This document shows positions 9,780 through 18,170 of a DNA stretch of 61,191 nt, in pieces. Under the pieces are notes generated by a model. That model saw nothing but the letters and a program-made list of their open reading frames with translations. It was not told the origin of the DNA and made no database searches. Within the stretch, counting starts at the first letter, position 1. The number at the start of each line of letters is the position of its first letter. Source of the DNA: Bacillota bacterium (lineage in GTDB: Bacteria > Bacillota > Sulfobacillia > JACIYH01); the NCBI GenBank assembly GCA_014360055.1, contig JACIYH010000005.1, positions 1 through 61,191 of the forward strand, given 5' to 3'. The translations under genes and the position numbers were made by a program.

Positions 9780-10778
9780 ATGCCCCAGGAGTTGCTGGTG
9801 CTCACTGCCCAGGACGTCAAGCGGGCCCTGCCCATGGAGCGGGCCATTTCCGCCTGCGAGGAGGCCTATGCGGCCTATTCGGCCGGCGAGGCCGTGGTCC
9901 CCCTACGCACCCAGATACCGGTGCCCCACTACGAAGGGGTGAGTGTGTTCATGCCCGCTCACCTACCGGTGGCGGGGAGCACCGCCCTCAAGGTGGTCTC
10001 CGTGTACCCGCGCAACCCGGAACGGGGGCTGCCCACCATCATGGGCATGGTGGTGCTTCTGGACGCCACCACCGGTGCCCCTCTGGCCCTGCTGGAAGGG
10101 GGATACCTGACCGCCCTGCGTACGGGTGCTGCCGCCGGGGCCGCCGCCCGCCACCTGGCGCCCGCTGGAGCCAGGGTGGCCGCCCTGTTCGGCGCGGGGG
10201 TACAGGGTCGCACCCAGGTGCTGGCCCTGGCCGCGGTGCGTCCCCTCGAGGAAGTGCGCGTCTTCGACCCCGTGCCCGGGCGGGCGCAGGCCCTGGCGGC
10301 CGACCTGGGCGCAGAACTGCCGGGGGTGAGGTGGGTTTTCCCGGACGAGCCCCGGGAGGCGGTGCAGGGGGCGGAGGTCGTCATCACGGCCACCACCTCC
10401 TCCACGCCCGTCTTCCCCGGGGACGCCCTGGCGCCCGGCACCCACGTGAGCGCCATCGGCTCTTTCACGCCCACCATGCAGGAGATCGATGAGACCACGG
10501 TGCTGCGGGCGGATAAGCTGGTGGTTGACTCGCGGGAGGCGGTGCTGGTCGAGGCGGGGGACATCATCATCCCCATGCAACGGGGCGCCATCACCCCCGA
10601 TCGCATCTTCGCCGAGGTGGGAGAAATCGTGCGGGGCAGGAAGCCCGGCCGCGAACGCCCGGACGAGATCACGGTGTACAAGGCGGTAGGCCTGGCCGTG
10701 CTCGATGCGGCCGCGGCCGCCGCCGCCTACCGCGGCGCCGCCGAACTGGGGCTGGGCACACGGGTGCGCCTCATGTGA
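9780..10778 (+). CDS. Ornithine cyclodeaminase/mu-crystallin family protein
   Basis: FMPA, LKVVSVYPRN, YLTALRTGAA, FGAGVQG, YKAVGLAVLD; RBS GGGAGG. Confidence 0.9.
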   Translation: MPQELLVLTAQDVKRALPMERAISACEEAYAAYSAGEAVVPLRTQIPVPHYEGVSVFMPAHLPVAGSTALKVVSVYPRNPERGLPTIMGMVVLLDATTGAPLALLEGGYLTALRTGAAAGAAARHLAPAGARVAALFGAGVQGRTQVLALAAVRPLEEVRVFDPVPGRAQALAADLGAELPGVRWVFPDEPREAVQGAEVVITATTSSTPVFPGDALAPGTHVSAIGSFTPTMQEIDETTVLRADKLVVDSREAVLVEAGDIIIPMQRGAITPDRIFAEVGEIVRGRKPGRERPDEITVYKAVGLAVLDAAAAAAAYRGAAELGLGTRVRLM

Positions 10779-10923
10779 GAGGCCGCCTCGCGTGCGGGGG
10801 TCCGGGGCGGGGCCTCGCGTGCCGCGCATCTGGAGGTTGCCACGCGCATGGTGCTGATCTCAGGGCCGCGTCCCGCGGTGCGGCTTATCTCGAGCCTCGG
10901 CTGCGGGAAAAGTATGGCCGGGG

Positions 10924-12072
10924 GTGAACGCCTTCGGCCGCCGGAGCGGGGGACCTGTGTTCGCCGTTCTGGGGGGCGGGCACGGGGGCATGGCCGCGGC
11001 CGCCGACCTGGCCCTGCGTGGCTTCCGGGTGCGGCTCTTTGAGCTGCCCGAGTTCGCCCACACCATCCGGCCGGTCAGGGAGGCGGGGGGCATCCAGACC
11101 GAGGTGCTGCCCAGCACCGGCCTGCGGGAAGGGTTTGCGCGGCTGGATGCCGTCACCACGGATATCGAAGAGGCGGTCACCGGGGCCGACGTCGTGCTGG
11201 TCATTGTGCCTTCGTTCGCCCACCAGCGCTTCGCCGAGTTGACCGCACCCGCGGTGCGGCCGGGGCAGACGGTACTGGTGGCGCCCGGGAACTTCGGCGG
11301 TGCCCTGGAGTTCGCCCTTACCTGGAAGAGGGCGGGCCGGGACCCGGGCGCGGTGACGCTGGCCGAGGCGGAATCTCTCATCTATGCCTGCCGGAAGAAG
11401 GGTCCCGCCACCATCTGGATCCGCGGCTACAAGCGCTCCCTCCGGGTGGCGGCCCTGCCGGCCAACCGCACCGCTTGGGCCCTGGCCGTCCTGGGGCAGG
11501 CTTACCCCACTCTGGAGCCCGCCCAAAACGTGCTGGAGACCAGCCTCAGCAACCCCAATGCACCTACCCACCTCCCCGTCATGATCCTGAATGCGGCCCA
11601 CATCGAACGTACGGGCGGGGACTTCCTCTTCTACAAGGAGGGGATGACCCCCGTGGTGGGGCGGGTGATCGAGGCCCTCGACGCGGAGCGTCTGGCCGTG
11701 GGGCGGGCCCTCGGCCTTTCCCGCCTGCGGTCTCTATACGAGCAGGACCTGGCCTGGTACGCCCACCAGGGCACCTTCGGAGAGAACATCTGCCAGACCA
11801 ACGTGAATAACCCCATCTACAGCTGGAGCCGGGCCCCTGAGTCCTTCGACCACCGCTACGTCACCGAGGACGTGCCCTACGGCCTGGTCCCCCTCGAGGA
11901 CCTGGGGGTCAGGCTGGGCGTGGCGACTCCCACCGCCACGGCCGTCATCCACCTGGCGAGCGTCATCGCGGGGCGCGACCTGCGCCGGGGCGCCCGCACC
12001 CTGACGAGACTGGGCCTGGGGGACGTCTCCGTTCCGCGACTCCTGGAGATGGTCGAGGAGACGGGCCCGTGA
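10924..12072 (+). CDS. NAD(P)-dependent octopine/nopaline (opine) dehydrogenase family protein
   Basis: AVLGGGHGGMAAAADL, LETSLSNPNAPTH, FLFYKEG, HRYVTEDVPYGLVP. Confidence 0.88.
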   Translation: MNAFGRRSGGPVFAVLGGGHGGMAAAADLALRGFRVRLFELPEFAHTIRPVREAGGIQTEVLPSTGLREGFARLDAVTTDIEEAVTGADVVLVIVPSFAHQRFAELTAPAVRPGQTVLVAPGNFGGALEFALTWKRAGRDPGAVTLAEAESLIYACRKKGPATIWIRGYKRSLRVAALPANRTAWALAVLGQAYPTLEPAQNVLETSLSNPNAPTHLPVMILNAAHIERTGGDFLFYKEGMTPVVGRVIEALDAERLAVGRALGLSRLRSLYEQDLAWYAHQGTFGENICQTNVNNPIYSWSRAPESFDHRYVTEDVPYGLVPLEDLGVRLGVATPTATAVIHLASVIAGRDLRRGARTLTRLGLGDVSVPRLLEMVEETGP

Positions 12073-13472
12073 GGTGGTTCGTGGCGGGGGGTACGGTGGT
12101 GACCGGCGACGGGTGCACCGTGCTGGAGGGCGCCACCGTGGTGGTGGAAGGTGTCCTCATCGCCGACGTACTCCCGGCGGGGACCGGCCCCATCTCCGGG
12201 CGACCGGAGTCGGCACGGTCGGGGGCGGGAGAAGCGCCGGTAGACGGCCAGGTGATCGATGCCCGTGGCTGCTACGTGATCCCGGGGCTGATCAACCACC
12301 ACGCCCACGGCTGTACCCTGGGACCCCTCTTCGCCAGCGGGGCAAAGCCGCTGCCCGAAGAGGAGGTGCGACGGAACCTGCTCCGTCACCTGGAGGCCGG
12401 CACCACCACCGTACTGAGCGTGGATGGCTTCGCCCTCCCGGAGGAGGTGGAAGCGGCCCGGCACCTGGCCCCCGTCAACCTCAAGACGGCCACCTGCCAC
12501 ACCCCCCTGAGCCTGAAGGCTGCTCTCATGGCCGACGGGAGCGGCCTGGGGCCCCGCCATCGCCTCCAGACCGCCGAGAAGATGGTAGAGGCGGGGGCGG
12601 TGTGCCTGGGGGAAATCGGCAGCGGCCACACGCTGGGCGGGGGCGGGCAGGAGTACCTGTACATCCCGCGCGCAGTGCGCGAGCGCACGGGACGGGAGAT
12701 ATCGCCGGCGGAGGCGCGGGCACTCAAGACGGCGGTGCTGGGGCGCCACATCGACCCCCGGTCCTACCGGGAGGCGGCCGTGCACGATGTCCTGGCTGCG
12801 CTGGGGCTGGCGGACGCCCTCCCGGCGGAGGAGGCCCGGCGCCTGGTGGAAGAGAGCGTGCTGCCCTCGTTTCAGGTGGGCCTGGACGCTATGCGCGAGG
12901 CGGTGGAAGTCGGGGTGCGGCTGGGGGTCCCCGTGATCCTCCACACGGCAGCGCCTTCGGGGGAGGTGGTGCTGGAGCTGAGCCGCCGCGGCGGCCGCCT
13001 GATCGCCGCCCACTGCAATCACGACTCGCTCCTCGTGGACGAGGCGGTGGAACTGGCCCTGCGCCTGCGGGCGGCGGGGGTGCTGGTGGACGTCGCCACC
13101 TTCGACGCCTTCGGGGCGCGGCACACCACCCCCGGGCCGGAAGCCCTGCTGGAGATGGTCGCGCGGGGCGTGGCCGACCTCATTTCCACCGACTACGGTG
13201 GCGGCCTCTTCGATCCCCAGCTGGTGGCCCTGGCCGAGGTGCTCAGGCGGGGGTTGCGCCCGCTGGCAGAAGCGGTGGCCATGGCCACGGGGCGGGTGGC
13301 CGATGCCATCCCCGGCCTGGCCCCGGACCGCGGCTACCTGGGACGCGGGCGCGCGGCCGACCTGGTCCTGCTCCGCCAGGACGACCCCACCCGGGTGGAG
13401 ATGGTTATGGTGCGCGGCCGTCCTCTGGAGGAACGCGGCCCGCACGGCAGATCAGTAAGCGTACCGCGGTGA
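12069..13472 (+). CDS. Amidohydrolase superfamily metal-dependent hydrolase
   Basis: VIDARGCYVIPGLINHHAHG, GTTTV, LGEIG, ILHT, AAHCN, ISTD, RGYLGRGRAADLV. Confidence 0.8.
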   Translation: MRWFVAGGTVVTGDGCTVLEGATVVVEGVLIADVLPAGTGPISGRPESARSGAGEAPVDGQVIDARGCYVIPGLINHHAHGCTLGPLFASGAKPLPEEEVRRNLLRHLEAGTTTVLSVDGFALPEEVEAARHLAPVNLKTATCHTPLSLKAALMADGSGLGPRHRLQTAEKMVEAGAVCLGEIGSGHTLGGGGQEYLYIPRAVRERTGREISPAEARALKTAVLGRHIDPRSYREAAVHDVLAALGLADALPAEEARRLVEESVLPSFQVGLDAMREAVEVGVRLGVPVILHTAAPSGEVVLELSRRGGRLIAAHCNHDSLLVDEAVELALRLRAAGVLVDVATFDAFGARHTTPGPEALLEMVARGVADLISTDYGGGLFDPQLVALAEVLRRGLRPLAEAVAMATGRVADAIPGLAPDRGYLGRGRAADLVLLRQDDPTRVEMVMVRGRPLEERGPHGRSVSVPR

Positions 13473-13502
13473 GGAACGTCCTGGTTTTGGTTCTCCCCGC
13501 TG

Positions 13503-13531
13503 TTGCCCGGCACGTGAACACGTGCTACAGT
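13503..13531 (+). promoter_or_regulatory. Putative sigmaA promoter for ttuA with a palindrome in the spacer
   Basis: TTGCCC-N17-TACAGT; the spacer contains GCACGTG-AA-CACGTGC. Confidence 0.5.
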
Positions 13532-13604
13532 GTTTTGCGCGGAGGGGTGGACACGGAGAACCAGAACATCGCGCTGTCTGTGACACGGCGGGGGGCGATA
13601 CCCG

Positions 13605-14672
13605 GTGAAGTGCACCGTATGCAGGAGTGAGGCGGAGGTCAGGCTGCCCGCTCACAACAGCAAGTTTTGCCGGGAACACTTCGACCAGTTCTTCCTGCGC
13701 CAGGTGGAGAAGGCCATCTCGGGCTTCCGCATGCTGGAGCGCGGCGCCCGCGTGCTGGTAGGCGTGTCGGGAGGTAAGGACTCTCTTACCGTGGCCGATG
13801 TGCTTGACCGGCTCGGTTACGAGGTGGTGGGGCTGCACCTCGACCTGGGCATCGACAGCGATGACTTCTCGGCTGCATCCCGGGCGGCCAGCGAGCGCCT
13901 CTTCTCCCGCCTGGGGAGGCCGCTCCACATCGTCTCCCTGCGGGAGGAGTTCGGTCGCGCCGTGCCCGAGGTGGTGGGGCGGTTCAGCCGGCCCTGTGCC
14001 GTGTGCGGCCTGACCAAACGGCACCTCCTCAACGAGTTCGCCTGGTGTCACGGCTTCGACGCCCTGGCCACCGGCCACCACCTGGACGACCTGTCCGCCA
14101 CTCTGCTCGCCAACGTGCTGCGCTGGGACACCAAGTACCTGCGCAAGACCCTGCCGGCCCTGCCCGGCGGGGAAGGCCTGGCGGCCAAGATCAAACCGCT
14201 GGCCTTCCTCACGGCGGAGGAGATCAGGACTTACGCTCGCTTCCGCAACATAGAACCGGTGCCGGGCAACTGCCCGTATTCTCAGGAAGCCAAGTTCAAG
14301 AGGTACGCGCGGCTCCTGGACGCCATCGAACGGGACTCGCCGGGGACCAAGCGGGCTTTCTACGCCAACTTCCTGCGCGTCGCCCACCTCTTTGCCGCCC
14401 CCGCCTCCACCGGCGTGGCGACGCCCGGCCCCACCGTCACGGCCGGACGTGCTGCGGGCGCGGCGGCCGCCGCCCCTGCCCCGGCCGCCTCTCCCCCTGA
14501 GGCCTGCTCCGGGGGACTCACCCTCGGCAGAGTGGCTGCGCCGGAGTTGCCAGCCCTGCGTCACTGTCGTGTGTGCGGCTCGCCCACGCCCTCGGAGGTG
14601 TGTGCCTTCTGCCGCATCTGGCGTCCCCAGGCGGCGGTGCCCCGCTGCAACGGCCCGTCACCTGATCCCTGA
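13605..14672 (+). CDS. ttuA: TtuA/Ncs6-like tRNA 2-thiouridine synthase (PP-loop, Zn fingers)
   Basis: N-terminal CTVC..C..H, PP-loop SGGKDS, PCAVCG, ATGHHLDD, CPY, C-terminal CRVCG..CAFC. Confidence 0.8.
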   Translation: MKCTVCRSEAEVRLPAHNSKFCREHFDQFFLRQVEKAISGFRMLERGARVLVGVSGGKDSLTVADVLDRLGYEVVGLHLDLGIDSDDFSAASRAASERLFSRLGRPLHIVSLREEFGRAVPEVVGRFSRPCAVCGLTKRHLLNEFAWCHGFDALATGHHLDDLSATLLANVLRWDTKYLRKTLPALPGGEGLAAKIKPLAFLTAEEIRTYARFRNIEPVPGNCPYSQEAKFKRYARLLDAIERDSPGTKRAFYANFLRVAHLFAAPASTGVATPGPTVTAGRAAGAAAAAPAPAASPPEACSGGLTLGRVAAPELPALRHCRVCGSPTPSEVCAFCRIWRPQAAVPRCNGPSPDP

Positions 14673-14768
14673 CCGCCCACCCTCTGCTCCCCCGGTTGTT
14701 CTTCAGTTCTTCCCGGTGAAAAAGGCCGCGGGTGCGGGAAGTACCGCAGGTGCCGGGAGTGCCATCAC

Positions 14769-14982
14769 GGTGACAGTCCAGGCGGCTTCGGTGCTGTCAA
14801 GTTCTTGACTGTGGTGGCCCTCCGACCGTCACCTGACCGACAGTGGTCGCTTCACCAGCCGCAGAACCGTCACCATAATGCCCATAGTGGTCGCTTTATG
14901 TATCCAGGTGGCCGCCCACGGAGGGTTCGCTGTCCCCCCATTGTCAGGACTCTGACAGTGCGATGCTCCACCTCACTGTCAG
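14769..14982. repeat. Cluster of TGACAG/CTGTCA inverted repeats and a duplicated ACCGTCACC...AGTGGTCGCTT unit
   Basis: CTGACAGTG 14952-14960 / CACTGTCAG 14974-14982; TGTCAG-N4-CTGACA 14942-14957; GTCAAG-TT-CTTGAC 14796-14809; AGTGGTCGCTT at 14842 and 14886. Confidence 0.55.
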
Positions 14983-15087
14983 CCCAATGGCCATCCGGCG
15001 GTACCTCGGCCGGCGCACGCCCGGAGTGCCGGGAGACCCTTGAAACCAGGCGTACGCTGACGCCTCCTCTCGTCGTCCCCCCGAATT

Positions 15088-15115
15088 GAAGGTAGGAACT
15101 GGCGTGGTGGCGAAT
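15088..15115 (+). promoter_or_regulatory. Possible sigmaH-type promoter upstream of the CBS-ACT gene
   Basis: GAAGGT-N18-GAAT. Confidence 0.35.
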
Positions 15116-15167
15116 CATTCCTGCGATGCAGGGGCCGCCGCGGCCCCAGGGAATGGGGGGTTGCCTC

Positions 15168-15809
15168 ATGCTGGTGCGTGACCGTATGTCCAGGGACCTG
15201 GTGACGGTGTCGCCTTCCACGCCGGTTCCGGAGGCGCTGCGCATCATGGAGCAGAGGCGTATCCGGCGCCTGCCTGTGGTCCGGGAAGGCAAGCTGGTGG
15301 GGATAGTCACGTTGCTGGATCTGTTCCGCGTTTCCCCCTCACCGGCCACCAGCCTAAGCATCTGGGAACTCAACTACCTGATCGCCCGCCTGCCCGTGGA
15401 AGAGGCCATGACCCGCAAGGTGATCACGGTGTCGCCCGATGCCACCCTGGAGGAGGCGGCCCTCCTCATGCGTCAGCACCGGGTGGGAGGGTTACCGGTG
15501 GTGGAGGACGGCCGGCCGGTGGGGATCATCACGGAGACCGACATCTTCGAGACCTTCCTGGATCTGATGGGCCTCCGGCAGCCCGGCCTGCGTGTCACCC
15601 TGGTGCTCCCGGATCGGGTGGGCATGCTGGCGGCAGTCACCGCCATCTGCCGCGATCACGGGGTTAACATCTTGAGTGTGGCTTCCTTCCCACCCCACGA
15701 AGGCGAGGCGGAGATCATCCTGCGCCTGGCCGGGGAGCGGGCACGGGAGGCCGTGGATGCCATCCGTGACGCCGGTTATCGGGTGATGGACGTCCGCGAC
15801 AGCCGTTAG
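15168..15809 (+). CDS. acuB: CBS-pair plus ACT domain protein (AcuB-like)
   Basis: IRRLPVV, SPSPATSLSIWELNYL, VGGLPVV, GIITETDIF, C-terminal ACT domain DRVGMLA. Confidence 0.85.
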   Translation: MLVRDRMSRDLVTVSPSTPVPEALRIMEQRRIRRLPVVREGKLVGIVTLLDLFRVSPSPATSLSIWELNYLIARLPVEEAMTRKVITVSPDATLEEAALLMRQHRVGGLPVVEDGRPVGIITETDIFETFLDLMGLRQPGLRVTLVLPDRVGMLAAVTAICRDHGVNILSVASFPPHEGEAEIILRLAGERAREAVDAIRDAGYRVMDVRDSR

Positions 15810-15954
15810 CCGGAACGTGCTGCCGCAGGGATCTGGTCGCGTCCGGCAGCGCCGCCCGCGCGCCTGATGGCAGGGCCTCTCTTTGCCCTGGCGGGGCCTG
15901 GGTTGTTTCCCGGTGGCCCTCTGCGTGATACGATAGGGGAGAGGAGGGCGCGGC

Positions 15955-16341
15955 ATGTCGCGGACGGCAGCGCGAAATGCGCTTGATAATGAACTGATCC
16001 AGGAGATTGTCCGGCGAATCGTGGCTGTTGCCGACCCCGAGAAGGTGATACTGTTCGGTAGCTACGCTCGCGGAGAGCAGCACGAGTGCAGTGACGTTGA
16101 CATCATGGTGATTAAGGAGAGTTCTCTCCCTCGCTACCGCCGGGCAGCGCCTATTCGCCTTGCGCTTGCTGACCTGCCCGTGGACAAGGACATCATCGTG
16201 TTCACCCCCCAGGAGGAACAGGAGTGGGCCGCGGCGAGTACGTCGCTGGTCGCCACCGCTCTCCGCGAGGGGAGGATTGTGTATGAAAAGCGACGCCGAC
16301 GTCGCCCGCGGCTGGCTCAAAAAAGGCTGAGTAGGGTGTGA
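15955..16341 (+). CDS. Minimal nucleotidyltransferase (MNT, type VII TA antitoxin-like)
   Basis: PEKVILFGSYARG..SDVDIMVI, DIIVFT, LREGRIVYE; less GC-rich codon usage. Confidence 0.85.
   Translation: MSRTAARNALDNELIQEIVRRIVAVADPEKVILFGSYARGEQHECSDVDIMVIKESSLPRYRRAAPIRLALADLPVDKDIIVFTPQEEQEWAAASTSLVATALREGRIVYEKRRRRRPRLAQKRLSRV
16283..16330 (+). pseudogene. Truncated HEPN-domain toxin remnant
   Basis: GGAGG RBS then ATG, MKSDADVARGWLKKG*; a one-base shift at the A6-GG run gives WLKKAE, a typical HEPN N-terminus. Confidence 0.6.
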
Positions 16342-17597
16342 CTGTTACGGCCGGCGGGTCATCAGCCGGTCCCCGGGTGGGCCTGGCGCGGGTGAGGGAA
16401 GACGACATAGGGGTGGCACGGGCGGTGGAGGCGGCCGGGGGCCTGGAGCGGCTGGTGGGGTCGGGCGCCCGTGTGCTGGTGAAGCCGAACCTGGTGGCGG
16501 TTCCCCCTCATCCCCGCAACGGGGCGGTGACCTGGGTGGAGGTGACCCGGGCGGTGGCCGACCTGGTGCGGGACCTGGGGGGGGACCCTGTTATCGCCGA
16601 TTCGGCGGCGGTGGGGGCCTGCACCGGGGACGTGATGGCCGTGTGTGGATACGACGCCCTGCGGGATGCCGGGTACCGGGTGGTTGACCTCAAGGCCGGT
16701 GAAGAGGTGGAGGTGGAGGTACCCGGAGGCCTGGTGGTCAAGCGTCTGGTCACCTATCGCCCCGTGGTGGAGGCGGACGTGATCGTAAGCGTGCCCGTCC
16801 TCAAGACCCACGACCAGCTAGGGGCCAGCCTGGCCCTCAAGAACCTGAAGGGACTCCTCGCCGACCGCGACAAGAAGCGCCTGCACACCGTGGGCGTGGT
16901 CGAGGGGATATGCGACCTCCTGGGTGTTCTCCCTCCCGTGTATGCGGTGGTGGACGGCTCCGTGGGTCAGGAGGGACTGGGGCCGGTGTTCGGACGCCCC
17001 GTCCCCCTGGGCGTGGTGCTGGCGGGGGCGGACCCCGTGGCCGTGGATACGGTCTCCGGCTGGCTCATGGGCTTCGAACCCGAAGAGTTGCCGCTTTCCC
17101 GGCGGGCGGCGGAACGCGGCCTGGGATGTGGGGACCTGGCCTCGATTAGGGTGGTGGGGGAGGAGCCCTCGCCCCTGCGCCGCCGCTTTCTGCGGGCGGA
17201 AGAGGGCGTTTCCCTGGATATCCCGGGGTTCCGCCTTGTGTTCGCACCGGGCACCTGTACGGGCTGCCATAACACCGTGCTGTCGGTGGTTGCTGAGATT
17301 ACGGAAGAAGGATGTCAGGATGTCCTGCGGGGCAAGATGGTGCTCGCAGGACCGGTAAGGGAGGGCGCGCTCGCGGCGCCGGACAGGCTGCCCCCCGAGC
17401 CGGGCCTGAGGGTGGCCGGACCGGGCGGGCGGGGCGGTGACGAGGGCCGATGCGGGCGGGACTCCTCATGCCTCGTGCTGGTGGGGAACTGCGCGGCCGG
17501 CCATGCGCGCGGGGGGACCTGGGTGCGGGGGTGTCCTCCCCACAACGATTGGGTGAAGGAAGCCCTGATGTCTCCTGCCCCGGGCGCGGGAGGCTAG
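16338..17597 (+). CDS. DUF362 domain Fe-S protein
   Basis: VLVKPNL, VPVLKTH, LALKNLKG, GQEGLGP, DPVAVD, CTGC, VGNC, GCPP. Confidence 0.8.
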   Translation: MTVTAGGSSAGPRVGLARVREDDIGVARAVEAAGGLERLVGSGARVLVKPNLVAVPPHPRNGAVTWVEVTRAVADLVRDLGGDPVIADSAAVGACTGDVMAVCGYDALRDAGYRVVDLKAGEEVEVEVPGGLVVKRLVTYRPVVEADVIVSVPVLKTHDQLGASLALKNLKGLLADRDKKRLHTVGVVEGICDLLGVLPPVYAVVDGSVGQEGLGPVFGRPVPLGVVLAGADPVAVDTVSGWLMGFEPEELPLSRRAAERGLGCGDLASIRVVGEEPSPLRRRFLRAEEGVSLDIPGFRLVFAPGTCTGCHNTVLSVVAEITEEGCQDVLRGKMVLAGPVREGALAAPDRLPPEPGLRVAGPGGRGGDEGRCGRDSSCLVLVGNCAAGHARGGTWVRGCPPHNDWVKEALMSPAPGAGG

Positions 17598-17618
17598 CCT
17601 GATGCGCGGGAGAGTAGC

Positions 17619-18170
17619 ATGAGACCGGCGCTGCTGGCCGTGTTCTTTGCCCAGGGGGTGGGGTTTCCCGTTCCCCTGGCGGTCGCCTTCGGCCTGCTGG
17701 GCGATCTGGTGCTGCGGGGCCGCGTGGGGGCGGTGGAGGGTTTTGCCCTATGCCTGGGGGCCAGCTGGGTGGGTAACCTCACCGGGTATGCCCTGGCCCG
17801 GCTGGGGAAAGGGTGGGCCCTGCGGCTGACGAACAGCCCGCTGCGAGGGTGGGGCGATGCGGAATCCACTTCCCGGTACACCCGCGTGCGCCGCCACTTC
17901 TGGTGGGTTCTCACGGTGGCGCGCTGGACGGGCGGGTATCCCCAGGTAATCTGGGCCGCCGGGGTCCTGCGCCAACCGCCCCTGCTGGTAGCGGCGGGCA
18001 CGCTGCTCTGCGACGCTGCCTGGGCCGCCTTCTGGTTGTGGGCAGCCGTGCACGGCGTGGCCTGGGCCGGGCGAGTCCCGGTGCTGGCGGCGGGCGTGGC
18101 TGCGGTGGGGCTGGCGGTCGCCGCCGTGGTGTGGGCTGCTGCACGGGGGCGTGATGCTAGAGGGAAGTGA
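17619..18170 (+). CDS. DedA/VTT-like membrane protein
   Basis: Hydrophobic; GVGFPVP, ASWVGNLTGYALAR, VARW; RBS GGGAG. Confidence 0.6.
   Translation: MRPALLAVFFAQGVGFPVPLAVAFGLLGDLVLRGRVGAVEGFALCLGASWVGNLTGYALARLGKGWALRLTNSPLRGWGDAESTSRYTRVRRHFWWVLTVARWTGGYPQVIWAAGVLRQPPLLVAAGTLLCDAAWAAFWLWAAVHGVAWAGRVPVLAAGVAAVGLAVAAVVWAAARGRDARGK

Noticed and set aside
13516-13527. Possible LexA (Cheo) box GAAC-N4-GTTC upstream of ttuA
   Set aside because: The right half reads GCTA, two mismatches from consensus; the GCACGTG palindrome explains the site better.
14769-14982. Possible CRISPR mini-array
   Set aside because: The repeats are short (9-11 bp), interrupted and irregular, there are only two direct copies, and no cas genes are present.
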